From Planctomycetota bacterium (GTDB lineage Bacteria; Planctomycetota; UBA11346), in NCBI GenBank assembly GCA_027859175.1, contig JAQIBG010000084.1, positions 1 to 61,235 on the forward strand: DNA of 61,235 nt, read 5' to 3'. The notes beneath the pieces were generated by a model. It searched no databases. It was not told the DNA's origin and saw nothing but the letters and a program-made list of their open reading frames with translations. Position 1 is the first letter of the stretch. Every line of letters begins with the position of its first letter. Made by a program: the position numbers and the translations under genes. Shown one piece after another: positions 28,401-36,319 of the stretch.

Positions 28401-31301
28401 CCAGGCCTCTCCCTTCCAAGCCGCAATTTCCTCACCGGGCCGCTCTTTACCGTCTTCACCCAAAGTGAGCAGCTCAAAGAAGCTTCGCTTCTTGTCACGG
28501 TGGACGTGATGCATCAACACCATCACTTTGCTGTTCGTGCGCTGCCAAGCCACCGGGTGATACCAATGGCCCCATTGGTCTGAGGTTTGAATCAGATGGC
28601 GCATGGTCTCTTTACCGCTAGCTGCCTGCACATAGCGCACCTCACGCTTGTCGCTTGCAGCGTATAGCACCACAATGGCACCCTCAGCGTCGGCGCGCCA
28701 ACCGGCAACCCGGTTGTCAAAACGATGACTGACCGAGCGCTTACCGTCGGCAATATTGACCACATCCAAACCACGACTCGACAGCAGTAACACCTTATCG
28801 CCGCACAGGGCCGCCTGCCAGAGATCCACGGCACGCTGCCGAGTCCACACCACGGAGCCGCGCGCCAGATCGATCAACTCAACACGGCCCGATGAGAACA
28901 ACACCGCGTGCTTATCACTCTCCGCTGCGATCCGCGGCGTCTCGCGATGCACGTGGTCGTGAGTCGCCTTTGAACTGCTACGATACTGTGGCGCAACCAT
29001 CAGTAATTTATCATCAAGCACGGCCACGTCTGCCTGCGGGGCTCCGCCAGGCAAGCTACGTCGTTCGATCTCAACACCGCTAATCGATGCCATCCTAATC
29101 AACTGGTCGCCAGCAACAAACACCAGGTCCTGACCGCGGTACGCGACCTCGCCCTTGATCTCCAGATCCAGTTGCCGAGTCCACAATACGTCACCAGTGG
29201 TTATCGCCAAACCGGTGAGGCGATCACGCTCACGAATAACCAGTACACGCGCGTCGCCACCAACAATTGAGGCCGCGGGGACCATGGGGTTCGACCACCG
29301 AACCGATCCGTTTTGCCGGTCGAGTGCCACCACACCATGGCGATCGCGTGCCACCACGGCAATCAGGCCATCGGCCACCAGGGGCGCCGATCCTGGGCGC
29401 CACATCTCAGCATCTTTGGCCTCATAGTCATGGCGCCACAGCACCAAGCCGTCGCGCGGGTCGATAGCGACCACGAAACCAGCCGATGACGACCAGTACA
29501 TCAAGCCATCGGCAAACACCGGGGGTGCGCCCATCAGGCTTGGATTGAAAGCAACACCGGAGCGCTCGCGAGAGCCACCGGTGGCATAATCGGTAGCGAA
29601 ACCAATTTCACGATGCCACAAGGCGCGACCATCGAACAGGTCCAAGCACGCCAGGGCAAAGCGATAGTTCTGGCCCTCAGGAACTTTGACCACTACGTAG
29701 ACACGGTTTCCATCTATGACCGGGTCGCAGACCGGCACCCAGTTGCCAAGGGCCATAGTGTCATCGGTCGACCAGCGCATCTCGCCATCGTCAACCGAGA
29801 ACGCCGCAATTGATCCCGGCACCTGGCGCAGGGCACGAACATTGCGCCGTAGCGCCAAATCAGCCCGTGCAGGATCATTACGCAGGATGACTTCAGGGCT
29901 CGCCCAGCGCTGAACGATAAGCCCATCGGCCACGGCCGGCTGCCAAGCGCCCGGCCCAACCAAAAACCGGCCACTACTGCCAACGTGTTCAGGGTCCCAC
30001 TCGGCCGGAGCATCGCGCATCCATAACGGGCGACCCGGCTTGGCGGCATCAAAGCCTACGATGAGATTCGGTGCACTGCCAATAATGCGATCGCCAATGC
30101 GCTGATAGCGCAAGCCCGGCGCAGTGCGGGCGGCAAAGTCCCACGGGTCCCACCAGTCACCAAACAAGGCTGGCGACCAAGCGGCGCGCGCCGGTACCAG
30201 CACCGCCGTTGGTTTGACGTCTGACAAGGCCACACTGGGTTCGGCCGGCTCTTGCAGTTTGGCCAGCACATCGCTGCGCTTGGCCTCCTTGGCGCCCCAG
30301 GGAAAGCTTTCGGGCAAAGCGGCGGCGACGTCTTCGGCCGCGGCGCGTTTGTCCTGGGCAATCAGGCACAGCAACAACCCACGTTGGGCCTGTTGCAGCA
30401 TCGCAGGGTCAGCAGCGCTGGCGATGAGATCACGGAAGCAGGCTTCCGATTGGTGAATAGCGCCGCGCGCCACGGCAGCCTCGGCCTGCGCCAGCAGTCC
30501 TTGTTGCGTGCGCGCGTCAAATGGCGCGGCCCGCCACTGGGCCACCGCTGAAGCGAGGTCCTCAGCCAGACGGCCCTTACTGGTCACAGTTATTTCGGCA
30601 CGCTTCTCGGCTGCCAGCGTCGCGAAGCGCAAGCGCAGGGCCCACCAAGCCTGCACAGCAGTGCCAGGATCTTCATTGGTACCAATGCCGACCTCAGCCG
30701 AATCGGGCGCCGCGAGTGCCGCCTCCATCGCTTCGGGCACGGCTGCTTCGGCAAGATCATCGGCGCGGACCCGATCTAATGCCGCCTGCATGGTCTTGTC
30801 TTCATAGAACCACTTGGCGTGACCATTGACGACTTTATCGGTGTGATACCACGCCAAACGCGTCGCGTATGGGCTATAGAGACGCGCCGCTGTGCTGCGG
30901 TCTCCACTCTTGAACAGCAAGCCGATGGCAACCAGGCGATTCTCAACACTCGCCGGGTAGATCATCTGCAGACCGGCCAACGGGATGCTGGCGCTGAACA
31001 AAGCGCCACGGTCGGAGTGCCGGTAGCGCAGCGCGCGCAACTCATTCACCAAACGCTCGTCTTGCCCGGTAATCGCCCCCATGCGCACCAAGGCCACTAA
31101 GGAACTGGCCGCCTGGTCAGACCAGGGCTCCGGCGCGTCTGCCAGCAAACGCAGCAGGCGCGGATAGGCATACGACACATCACCCGGACGCGCATCGATC
31201 TCAGCAGAAAGCGCCGCCCAATCAGGCTCGACCTTCTCTTCACCGAGCACACAGCCGACACACAGGCAGCAGGCAATTAACACACGGATCGCGCTCACCA
31301 C
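25455..31301 (-). CDS. 1948-aa secreted protein: helical N-terminus, PQQ/BamB-like beta-propeller repeats, CBM9-like domain, helical region, jelly-roll and PA14 domains
   Basis: Repeated AxDxxxGxxxW blades (AIDPRDGLVLW, ALDRQNGSVRW); LDGDLDEW; PA14 motifs FSLVSDDGSRM, NDGLHG, FFENSGG. Confidence 0.8.
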   Translation of the reverse strand: MVSAIRVLIACCLCVGCVLGEEKVEPDWAALSAEIDARPGDVSYAYPRLLRLLADAPEPWSDQAASSLVALVRMGAITGQDERLVNELRALRYRHSDRGALFSASIPLAGLQMIYPASVENRLVAIGLLFKSGDRSTAARLYSPYATRLAWYHTDKVVNGHAKWFYEDKTMQAALDRVRADDLAEAAVPEAMEAALAAPDSAEVGIGTNEDPGTAVQAWWALRLRFATLAAEKRAEITVTSKGRLAEDLASAVAQWRAAPFDARTQQGLLAQAEAAVARGAIHQSEACFRDLIASAADPAMLQQAQRGLLLCLIAQDKRAAAEDVAAALPESFPWGAKEAKRSDVLAKLQEPAEPSVALSDVKPTAVLVPARAAWSPALFGDWWDPWDFAARTAPGLRYQRIGDRIIGSAPNLIVGFDAAKPGRPLWMRDAPAEWDPEHVGSSGRFLVGPGAWQPAVADGLIVQRWASPEVILRNDPARADLALRRNVRALRQVPGSIAAFSVDDGEMRWSTDDTMALGNWVPVCDPVIDGNRVYVVVKVPEGQNYRFALACLDLFDGRALWHREIGFATDYATGGSRERSGVAFNPSLMGAPPVFADGLMYWSSSAGFVVAIDPRDGLVLWRHDYEAKDAEMWRPGSAPLVADGLIAVVARDRHGVVALDRQNGSVRWSNPMVPAASIVGGDARVLVIRERDRLTGLAITTGDVLWTRQLDLEIKGEVAYRGQDLVFVAGDQLIRMASISGVEIERRSLPGGAPQADVAVLDDKLLMVAPQYRSSSKATHDHVHRETPRIAAESDKHAVLFSSGRVELIDLARGSVVWTRQRAVDLWQAALCGDKVLLLSSRGLDVVNIADGKRSVSHRFDNRVAGWRADAEGAIVVLYAASDKREVRYVQAASGKETMRHLIQTSDQWGHWYHPVAWQRTNSKVMVLMHHVHRDKKRSFFELLTLGEDGKERPGEEIAAWKGEAWSKATKQEDSIFWTGLTNGEVVSVDLAKGKVVNHGSDMHFLRDRNSSLRWSVAGQRAVALIGRGYNHSKQKNDMWGFFRHDRDKPLKIHENNDENYVAADAGFYRAQRDLLIRIGDDFKEQKRFDFPRSVAGHEFEPREWHALGKELLVLSRRHRLMVSSRGRWQAAEGAPNDADHLAIDRFGADGAHLGRLSLPDLAPHTWDFRSDDKNQPPGVARPKWSNQILWRDGYAWVSGPGEVRRVDYTQVPIGEGRAGHEIGVAFPLDTRLALDGDLDEWSDFAHYQREVRNGVLRVTHDRDNLLIGVQWDGAEGRNLIGAGRYGGGGEWIELQVRGNEYPGKDGDDIDRIIAVGIGADGQVALRGTVPKETQAAMRYDLALERWVVEVAIPIDSVSDPKRRLADDVILAVAGMRDGVPRVAWPRTTLRLHHATPVQEKAGVELASVMPKMSEAHTFLIDTMEVHIGDWPAGKDFVRDVVAGHTADAFGAMVLIRLHTVLAPPRAGAKPLPQVEEFAKELGFAEPVVSFYRKYATAEKKPDMRHLEKWDWPESPELTPEEAQRLFTEVLPRMGKAYAAAGFCSALIRARGLDNDAALEALELFLTQTPDHPRSATIMKEWWGRAGRVYSDENERRAKMDAMMTRAKIPWRDAYAFRRAELYRDHDYVRDFHVVGPFPQVSLQEYDYGVPLPPRLRQITLKERYRMPDRTLSWTPLTCSTARVPLAHWLGNPLEPSIAYAVVWVKSPDQRQVALEFAGDGPSRIWVNRRFAGSAHRGTFAQPPVVWLAKGWSAILVEQTMGSNGGWTFQLDIVERDGKGAVRDIEVMETKGHKGVAEPERLEPSELAAGLVVDQFRGSWDKIPDFENVEIAESGVTTKVDLSVTEHREHIGLRFMGYIRVDEMNFYTFSLVSDDGSRMLIGDEVVVNNDGLHGAEERFGTVTLKPGFYPIAVEFFENSGGEHLEAFWRPHGQPKAPLPTEQLFHRP

Positions 31302-33175
31302 TCCACCTCCACAGCCTTATCGTCTTGATCCATCAAGCGCACCCGCAGCCACCAATAAATGTCAAGGTTGCTGCACTTCACCAAGATGGTGTTTCGACCT
31401 TGCTGCAGGGTCACGGTCGCCTTGCCAGTCACCGCAGGATACGACGACCCACGCTTCTTCGACTCACCATCCCACCACTTACGGCGATCGCGCCGCGACT
31501 TGTCCATATTCTGAGCGACACTATCGGCCCCCTCGGTGATCACGCGCTGCCCATTGAGCCACACGGCCACGGCATCATCAGCCTCCACTTCCATCACCAC
31601 CTCGCGCTCCATATCGGCCGCAAATTCGGTGTAGGCATAGGCGGTAGCAAATTCTACTGGCGGGGGGAAAATGTTATGCAGCCGCAAGTACCCACTCGAT
31701 CCGGTAATTTGCTCAGACCAACTCAAGCTAGGCATATTGGCGGCTGCCCAGCGGTCCGGTACCGGATAGGTGGCAGTGAGATCGACGCGATCCTCCGGTG
31801 GATGACTGACTCGGAAGCCAGCATTCTCCTGGTCGTTCTCCCACGGGCCAATCACGCGCCAGCGCGGCATAAAACCAGTCAGGGCCGCTACCCGCCAAGA
31901 CTGGCCGCCCTGCCCTGCTTCGGCCAGAGTGGCCCGCGATTCTGCTCGTACATATTTATTCTCGCTGTTCAGTAAAGGTCGCAGCAACGCTATGCCCGCG
32001 TCGATCTCTTCTTCACTGAGGCGACCACGCAGCAGGCGTAGGCCCTGGAGAAGGAAATCGGTATTGCCCCGCTCGAGCAAGGGCGCGACATAGGGCACCA
32101 TGCCGCCGGAGGGAACCGCGTCGAACTCGGCCCGGATGATTCGCACTGCTTCGCGAACGACATCGATATGACTATCAGAAATTGCTGGGCGCAGAATTTC
32201 CAGACCACGCTCGGGATCGTCAAATCCGGCCAGCAAGCGCACGGCACTCATGCGAACGAGGCGGTCGTCCGCCACGACGTAGCGCTCAACCACCGCCGGG
32301 AAGCTCTGGTCGACCTGAACCCGCAACAGATCAATGCCGTGACGCGCCACGTTTGCGTCTTTAATACCGATCTCAAGCAAGCGTGCGATTGCAGCAGTGC
32401 CCTGGGCATCGGGGCGCTCCAGCATCAGCAGCATGGCCGTCATATGCAGACTGTCGGCACTGGGCTGCGTGCAGCGCGCCAACAAAGCCGCATAGGCATC
32501 ATCACTCAAGCCGAGGGCCGCGGTGCGCGCCACGCTGCGGATTGCGCCATCTTCGTCCAACAGGAAGCGCTCAATGCGCAACATCCAGCGCTCACCCTGA
32601 GCCAGGGCCAAACTGCGCACCAAGTCACGTTTGACCGGTGCTTCGGCCGTCGTGTAAAAATCATCAAAGCGACTTGCGGCAGCGCTCGAACCGACCGCGC
32701 ACAAAATGCGACCTTGGATCTCAGCACGTTCCGGGATCAGCTTTTCCACCGTTGGCCGCAGCGCGCGCCAGGCGCCATCGCCTTCATGTTTGGCAACGGC
32801 CCAGGCTGCGGCATAGCGTACCGCTTCGTCTTTATCTGCGAGCAAGTCAGTGGCCAAATCACGTGCCTGACGCGTGCCCAAGATGACGCAGGCGTCGGCC
32901 GCCGCCAAGCGCAAGGCTGGGTCAGCAGACGTAGCAAAGGCCGCTAACTCTTTACCAATGCGGTCGGGAGCATGCCGCGCCAGAGCCACCAAGGCTCGAC
33001 CGCGCAACCAAGGCGCTTGATCACCAGCGACAATCGCCGCCACCGCATTGGCGCCGACGTCATCACCAGCCTGGAGTTCGAGGGCGTCCCACTGGCGGAT
33101 CCAATCCGCCGCTGGCAGGCTTACGATCCCGAGCAGTACAAGGCTCAAGACGCTAACCGGGATACGCGTGCGCAT
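31295..33175 (-). CDS. Secreted HEAT-repeat protein with C-terminal galactose-binding/PA14-like jelly-roll
   Basis: GGAGG RBS at ATG 33175; signal peptide; HEAT units DPALRLAAA, DEAVRYAAAWA, DRLVRMSAV; WRVIGPW...ADDAVAVWLNG...GRNTILVK. Confidence 0.8.
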   Translation of the reverse strand: MRTRIPVSVLSLVLLGIVSLPAADWIRQWDALELQAGDDVGANAVAAIVAGDQAPWLRGRALVALARHAPDRIGKELAAFATSADPALRLAAADACVILGTRQARDLATDLLADKDEAVRYAAAWAVAKHEGDGAWRALRPTVEKLIPERAEIQGRILCAVGSSAAASRFDDFYTTAEAPVKRDLVRSLALAQGERWMLRIERFLLDEDGAIRSVARTAALGLSDDAYAALLARCTQPSADSLHMTAMLLMLERPDAQGTAAIARLLEIGIKDANVARHGIDLLRVQVDQSFPAVVERYVVADDRLVRMSAVRLLAGFDDPERGLEILRPAISDSHIDVVREAVRIIRAEFDAVPSGGMVPYVAPLLERGNTDFLLQGLRLLRGRLSEEEIDAGIALLRPLLNSENKYVRAESRATLAEAGQGGQSWRVAALTGFMPRWRVIGPWENDQENAGFRVSHPPEDRVDLTATYPVPDRWAAANMPSLSWSEQITGSSGYLRLHNIFPPPVEFATAYAYTEFAADMEREVVMEVEADDAVAVWLNGQRVITEGADSVAQNMDKSRRDRRKWWDGESKKRGSSYPAVTGKATVTLQQGRNTILVKCSNLDIYWWLRVRLMDQDDKAVEVEW

Positions 33176-33198
33176 GCGCAGCCTCCCCTTCTCTGGTA

Positions 33199-34215
33199 TC
33201 ACCGTTGGTAGATCGGCAGGAATCGATACGGCACCCCAAGAATTAGGATCGCCACCGAGGTATTAAAGCTGGGATGAATCTTGCCGCCATCGCTGCCACC
33301 CCACGACCCGTCCTGCTTCTGCTTACCCACCAAGTGTTGGGCGATCTTCGGATACCAGTGTTGGATATCCTTATCACCCGCCTGATAGCAGGCCTGGACG
33401 CAATAAAAGTGGGTCATGAAATAGTGACGAGTTTTGGAAAATTCTTTATCAGGGGTGTCACGCAAAGCGTGCAGGCCACGCTGAAGCTGGGGCGAGTTGC
33501 GGTCACCACTGAGCATGAGGATCAGATTACCAGCGCCGGTCCGGTAGGTTGATTCATCGTCATTGCGCCGGGTATAGCCGAAGTGTCCTTCGATCGGGTC
33601 CTGGACTTTATGGGTAAACTTGATTGCTTTCTCGAGCACCTCATCCGGCACAAAAATGCCAGCCTCCTTGGCCGACACGAGGGCCTGCACGGCGCAGACC
33701 GTCACCGAGGTATCGCCATGCCCCTTCGGCTTGGGCTCGTAGCCCCAGCGGCCATCCTTGTACTGCGAACGCAGCAAAATATCGACCGCCTGCTTGACTA
33801 CAGGCCGCAACTCGGGGCGCTTGGCTTGGCCCCAGGCTTCGGCCAAGGCCATGGTTGCATAGCAATGCTGATACATGGTGGCGCTCGACGGGTCGGCAAA
33901 GTAGCCGTTGTGGGCCCGCGACCGCGATACTAGGTAATCGATGCCACGATCCATCGAACGGCCGTAGGTGCCCTCGCCCGGAACATGGCCCTGAACCATA
34001 AACGCCAGCAGCGCCATCGCGGTATGCGTGACCTGATACTTGTTGCCCCAACTGCCATCTTTGTTCTGAACGCGAGCGACATAGGCGAGCCCGCGATTAA
34101 TCGCCAGCTCAGCCTTGGGCGGGAGATCGAGAGTCGACACGCGTTCGGCCGGCGGCTGCGAAGCTGGCAAGAGCTGCAGCATCAGGCACAAAGCTAAAGT
34201 TAAAGCGCTTCGCAT
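33199..34215 (-). CDS. Secreted prenyltransferase/squalene-oxidase-repeat (alpha/alpha barrel) protein
   Basis: QW-like repeats QNKDGSWG, QYKDGRWGY, QKQDGSWG; MYQHCYATMALAE; GDTSVT; terminal LPIYQR. Confidence 0.85.
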   Translation of the reverse strand: MRSALTLALCLMLQLLPASQPPAERVSTLDLPPKAELAINRGLAYVARVQNKDGSWGNKYQVTHTAMALLAFMVQGHVPGEGTYGRSMDRGIDYLVSRSRAHNGYFADPSSATMYQHCYATMALAEAWGQAKRPELRPVVKQAVDILLRSQYKDGRWGYEPKPKGHGDTSVTVCAVQALVSAKEAGIFVPDEVLEKAIKFTHKVQDPIEGHFGYTRRNDDESTYRTGAGNLILMLSGDRNSPQLQRGLHALRDTPDKEFSKTRHYFMTHFYCVQACYQAGDKDIQHWYPKIAQHLVGKQKQDGSWGGSDGGKIHPSFNTSVAILILGVPYRFLPIYQR

Positions 34216-34243
34216 GTCGATCTCTCCTCACGCGTGATCAAGA

Positions 34244-36316
34244 TCATTCGCCGGCGGCGAGGATCTCGAAATACTCCTGAGCCATCCCACGATACTCGGG
34301 CGGCAACTGTCGTTCGTAGTTCTGCTTCACCTTACCGCGCTCGAGCTGGGCAAGACTCTCGATGTCAGAGCTGGTACCGGTGGGGCGTTCGCCCGACACC
34401 TGGGTACTGCCGCCAACTTCCTTGTCTTCGCTGCTCTCAACCCAGGGCATGTCCTGCGGATTATCCGAGGCCATCATCGGCTCACCGACTTGCGGCATGC
34501 CAGGCATACCAGGCTGGGGCGGAGCCGGCTGGCCGGGATGACCAGGCTGGGGCGGGGCCGGCTGACCGGGCTGACCAGGCATGCCGGGCTGAGGCGGCGT
34601 TGGCTGACCGGGAGCACCGGGCTCGCCGGGCGCTGCAGCCAGTTGCTCGCCAGGTTCACCGGGCGCGCCAGGCGCCGCGGGCTCAGGAGCACCAGGCTCA
34701 CCCGGGGCACCGGGCGCTGCAGCCTCAGGAGCGCCAGGCTCACCGCCGGCTGGCGTTTCGGCCGAGGCCTGCTGGTCACCAGGAGGCGCCATGCCTTCGC
34801 CGGGCGGAGTCATACCAGCCGGCGGCTCGGCACCCTCCCCGGGAGGACCACCCGCATCGGCGGTTTCTTCACCAAACTCGCTCGGTGCACCAAAGTCGTC
34901 AGACGTCTGTTCGCCGGCCCCCATCGGGTCGCTTTCGCCGCCCGCCATCTGCTCGCCGGTTTCACCAGACTCACCCGGTTCGCCGCTCTCGCCTTGCTGC
35001 TGTTCGCCGGGCGGAGTATCGGCTCCGGCTTGGCTCTCTGGCGAGCTGCCGCTTTCACCGCTGTCGTCAGACATCAGCGGATCGCTACTGTCGCCAGTCG
35101 GCTGGTTGCCCGAAATGGCATCCAGCGCGTCTTGAATTGCGCCCAGGGCATCTTCCTGCTTCTTCAGTGCCGCCATCGGATCGCCGTCTGCAATCGCGTC
35201 CTCAGCTCCGGCCTGCTTGTCAGACGCATCGTTGCTGCCGGGCTCGGCACCACCTTCAGGTTGCGCACCGGCATCGGCCTGTTCGCTGCCACCTTCAGGC
35301 TGCGCACCGGCGTCGGCCTGTTCGCTGCCACCTTCAGGTTGCGCACCGGCATCGGCCTGTTCGCTCCCACCCTCGGGCTGCGCACCAGCATCAGCTTGTT
35401 CGCTGCCACCTTCAGGCTGCGCACCAGCATCGGCCTGTTCACTGCCACCTTCGGGCTGCGCACCGGCGTCGGCTTGTTCGCTGCCACCTTCGGGCTGCGC
35501 ACCAGCATCGGCTTGTTCGCTGCCACCTTCAGGCTGTGCTCCGGCGTCGGCCTGCTTGTCGCCACCCTCGGGCTGAGTGCCGGCGTCGGCCTGCTTGTCG
35601 CCACCCTCAGGCGGGGTGCCGGCTTCGCCCTGCGCATCGGCACTATCCTTTTGCCCGAGCGCATCTGCGGCGTCTGTCAGCAGGCCGCGTGCGGCCTCGT
35701 CCTCTTCCCTGTTTGCGTCTTTGGCGATCGCATCTGCCAAGGCAGTCAAGCGTTCGCGCAAGGCCTTTTGACGCGCCTCAAGCTCCTCTTGGAGGGCATC
35801 GGCAGCCTCGGGGGCTGTCACCTGAAGGCGGCCCCAGTTCTTGGTTGCCGCAATCAGGCTGCGTTGCTCAGCCGCCATCTGTGCCAGCATGTTTTTATAG
35901 CCGGCCACTTTACGCCGCGCATCCACGTCGCGCGAGAGCCTGTCGAGGCGCCTGAGCACCTTCTTAATCTCGGCGTCGGCGCTGGTAAGCGCAGCGCCGC
36001 GATTGTTTTTATCGGTACTCGCTTTGCCGAGGATTTCTCCGATGACCGGCACCTGCTCGCTGCTCATGGTGTTGAGCTGGCCATGCGCGTCTTTGATGCC
36101 GGCGCCGTCTTCTTTGAGCAAGCCGTTCGACCGCAGATCAGCCATGATCTGCTCGAGCTCGCCAACCGACGACTGCATGCCGGTACCAACCACCATCTGG
36201 TCGCGGCGCAGGTCAGCGATCTTGTCGCCAACCTCATCTTCCGCGATCGCCGGGCTGAGCATACCCAGCGCCAACATGGTTGAGGGAAGCAGACTACGTA
36301 GAGGGAAACGTGCCAT
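34244..36316 (-). CDS. Secreted coiled-coil protein with acidic/Pro-Gly low-complexity region (DUF4175-like C-terminus)
   Basis: Signal peptide; heptad-rich N-half; terminal LPPEYRGMAQEYFEILA motif. Confidence 0.75.
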   Translation of the reverse strand: MARFPLRSLLPSTMLALGMLSPAIAEDEVGDKIADLRRDQMVVGTGMQSSVGELEQIMADLRSNGLLKEDGAGIKDAHGQLNTMSSEQVPVIGEILGKASTDKNNRGAALTSADAEIKKVLRRLDRLSRDVDARRKVAGYKNMLAQMAAEQRSLIAATKNWGRLQVTAPEAADALQEELEARQKALRERLTALADAIAKDANREEDEAARGLLTDAADALGQKDSADAQGEAGTPPEGGDKQADAGTQPEGGDKQADAGAQPEGGSEQADAGAQPEGGSEQADAGAQPEGGSEQADAGAQPEGGSEQADAGAQPEGGSEQADAGAQPEGGSEQADAGAQPEGGSEQADAGAQPEGGAEPGSNDASDKQAGAEDAIADGDPMAALKKQEDALGAIQDALDAISGNQPTGDSSDPLMSDDSGESGSSPESQAGADTPPGEQQQGESGEPGESGETGEQMAGGESDPMGAGEQTSDDFGAPSEFGEETADAGGPPGEGAEPPAGMTPPGEGMAPPGDQQASAETPAGGEPGAPEAAAPGAPGEPGAPEPAAPGAPGEPGEQLAAAPGEPGAPGQPTPPQPGMPGQPGQPAPPQPGHPGQPAPPQPGMPGMPQVGEPMMASDNPQDMPWVESSEDKEVGGSTQVSGERPTGTSSDIESLAQLERGKVKQNYERQLPPEYRGMAQEYFEILAAGE
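35250..35623 (-). repeat. Coding tandem repeat, 39-bp unit (AQPEGGSEQADAG), about 9.5 copies
   Basis: 7 SEQ-type and 2 DKQ-type units plus a partial unit; synonymous variation between copies. Confidence 0.95.
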
Positions 36317-36319
36317 AAC

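Noticed and set aside
25455-31301. PQQ-dependent dehydrogenase matured by MoxR
   Set aside because: Only generic propeller blade motifs are present; no recognisable quinoprotein active-site motifs, cytochrome c motif or pqq genes
2918-34215. Sterol/hopanoid pathway from the desaturase plus the cyclase-like gene
   Set aside because: Genes are about 30 kb apart; the barrel protein is single-domain, exported and lacks DXDD
35250-35623. 39-bp repeats as a CRISPR array
   Set aside because: Units are contiguous with no unique spacers, lie in frame within a CDS, and no cas genes are present
34234-36283. Long plus-strand ORFs (573 and 597 aa)
   Set aside because: Antisense shadows of the repeat-rich minus-strand gene; low-complexity translations with no motifs
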